Source of the DNA: Candidatus Bathyarchaeota archaeon
Lineage (GTDB): Archaea; Thermoproteota; Bathyarchaeia; 40CM-2-53-6
Length of the DNA: 64,000 nt
Direction of reading: 5' to 3'
Assembly (NCBI GenBank): GCA_963706285.1
Contig: CAVPLU010000003.1
Span: 32,001 to 96,000, forward strand
In this document: piece after piece, positions 62,553-64,000 of the stretch
How positions within the stretch are numbered: position 1 is the first letter of the stretch
Layout: each line of letters opens with the position of its first letter
Made by a program: the position numbers and the translations under genes
The notes under the pieces: generated by a model
Told to the model about the DNA's origin: nothing
The model's database searches: none
Seen by the model: the letters and a program-made list of their open reading frames with translations, nothing else

Positions 62553-62846
62553 CTAGGGGGCGCTGGTCAAATCGCCCAATTGCTTGTCTTGGAGTTGTCT
62601 AACGAACGCCGCACCGAGAGGGCTCAAGGCAACAAGGTCATCCCTAGCGCTTTTTTTCTTGATAACGAGTCCTCGTGCTTCAAGTCGGTCAAGTCGTGCG
62701 ACAATGACGGTTTTGGGAGCGCTTGGTAGATGGCTTGCAAGATCATGCATGGCCACTGCCTGGGCTCCGAGCGCCTTCAGTCCCCACATTGTCTGGAGTG
62801 TCAGGATTTCCTCGTTTGATAGGTCAGAGTTCATGGCAACTATCAT
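62553..62846 (-). CDS. Small winged-helix protein
   Basis: 'LDRLEARGLV...LSPLG..FV' MarR-like wHTH ending. Confidence 0.6.
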   Translation of the reverse strand: MIVAMNSDLSNEEILTLQTMWGLKALGAQAVAMHDLASHLPSAPKTVIVARLDRLEARGLVIKKKSARDDLVALSPLGAAFVRQLQDKQLGDLTSAP

Positions 62847-62956
62847 CCTGAGTGGATGCCCAGATGTTTCTTATGGATTTGGTGCGAAACTCTGGTGTAC
62901 TATTAAGCGAACATTAATATACCTAGCAACATGCGTATGAAACAAGGCAGACCGAG

Positions 62957-63643
62957 ATGGCACCAGGTGAAGACACCGCAGCCTTTCTGGACGCACTGAC
63001 GCGTTCACCTCAACTGAAAGTTCTCAGCGTTCTCGCGGAACGACCACAAGAAGAACTCACCAAGACAGAGATAGCTCAAAAAGCCGGAATCGGTCGGACG
63101 ACCCTCTACAGGGTCTGGGACGACTTGGAGAAGATGAAAGCCGTAGCGCCTTCTCGACACGTTGGAGCAGTCACACTCTACCGCCTAAACCCGCAGAGTT
63201 CAATCGTCCAATCCCTCATGAACATCACGAAGGGTCTCTCATCTGTCACCAGCGCAGTTGGCAGGATCGAAGAGATCAGGGAAGTCGAAAAACTTGCCAG
63301 AGAAGAATTCGGCAAGGACCTGCCTCCAAGCGCAAGCATCCTTGTGAAGCTTCATGGCAGAAATGCCGTTGACGAGTTGACAGCCGTCCAATCATCAGCA
63401 CTGAAGCTATCCAAAGCCGAGACCGAATCGATCGAGAGCCTGGTTGGAGCAGGCTTGGTCGATAGACGTGGCGATAAGTTGAATCTCACAAAAGTGGGTT
63501 CTATTACTGCCCAAGGAGCTTCGAAGATCTGGGGAGAATCACAACGCGAGACTATTCAACAGACACTTGCTTCTGCAAAAGTAGCCTTAGACCTCATCAA
63601 CCAAGAGATCAAGAAGCTTCAAGGAATGGTCCCAAAAGAGTAA
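62957..63643 (+). CDS. Tandem winged-helix transcriptional regulator
   Basis: '[19 protein letters not shown]' and a second wHTH 'SLVGAGLV...LTKVG'. Confidence 0.75.
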   Translation: MAPGEDTAAFLDALTRSPQLKVLSVLAERPQEELTKTEIAQKAGIGRTTLYRVWDDLEKMKAVAPSRHVGAVTLYRLNPQSSIVQSLMNITKGLSSVTSAVGRIEEIREVEKLAREEFGKDLPPSASILVKLHGRNAVDELTAVQSSALKLSKAETESIESLVGAGLVDRRGDKLNLTKVGSITAQGASKIWGESQRETIQQTLASAKVALDLINQEIKKLQGMVPKE

Positions 63644-63758
63644 TTGCGCCTTCCGCCAACTGATCTCCCAGCATCTCATCGCATCGTCCCAAGTCGGGAC
63701 GATCCAAAGCTTTAATCTACATCGGAGCAACCGACTCACTAGTCTTGGTGTTCCTCGA

Positions 63759-64000
63759 GTGGCGAAGTATGTCTTTGTGACTGGCGGAGTAATGTCTGGC
63801 CTCGGAAAGGGTGTATCTGCGGCCTCCATTGGCAAGATACTACTCACACGGGGAACGAAAGTCAGCGCCCTTAAGATCGATCCATACCTCAATGTCGACG
63901 CAGGAACAATGAATCCTGTTGTGCACGGAGAAGTCTTTGTCACCGAAGATGGTGGCGAGACAGACATGGATCTCGGCACCTATGAGCGATTTCTCGACGT
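63759..64000 (+). CDS. pyrG: CTP synthase (5' part, runs off window)
   Basis: Manual translation gives '[17 protein letters not shown]...[38 protein letters not shown]'. Confidence 0.96.
   Translation, partial: MAKYVFVTGGVMSGLGKGVSAASIGKILLTRGTKVSALKIDPYLNVDAGTMNPVVHGEVFVTEDGGETDMDLGTYERFLD

Noticed and set aside
63587-63979. Minus-strand 130-aa ORF and many similar shadow ORFs in the track
   Set aside because: They are antisense to clearly recognisable genes (here pyrG) and carry no motifs of their own.

Overview
This is an archaeal chromosomal segment. gatD/gatE, elp3, an Sm protein, TFS, short archaeal-type purA, GAPN and a CFI-box surface protein point to a TACK archaeon, probably Bathyarchaeia (inference). 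It has two distinct halves. (1) From ~0.1 to 39.3 kb is an accessory region of mostly single, unrelated genes in mixed orientation (redox, transport, hydrolases, surface proteins, hypotheticals). Most spacers there carry copies of one degenerate repeat family, with about 22 loci found by eye. The repeat combines a hairpin core (TGTGTGTGG-N5-7-TGGYGYGCACACACA), an ACGACG tract, and a GGTTCAAAT box followed, usually 16 nt later, by an RCCA-like end, which is tRNA T-loop-to-CCA geometry. It occurs singly, as inverted pairs and as ~60-bp tandems. One gene (EamA) is truncated at a copy, and no recombinase or transposase is visible in the window. (2) From ~39.4 to 64 kb is mainly housekeeping genes (aminotransferase, UDG, Sm, elp3, gatDE, cysK/metY/metA, purA, pyrG) with no clear repeat copies. 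Other items of note are a multi-hairpin RNA leader before a QueT-family transporter, an ATAAC-N3-GTTAT operator shared by cysK and metY beside an HTH regulator, a 4x21-bp palindromic array, and a PIG-L/GT4/GH100-like operon. Many genes, including essential gatE, have single-base frameshifts that are most likely sequencing indels. All calls come from motif recognition by eye and no database searches were run.
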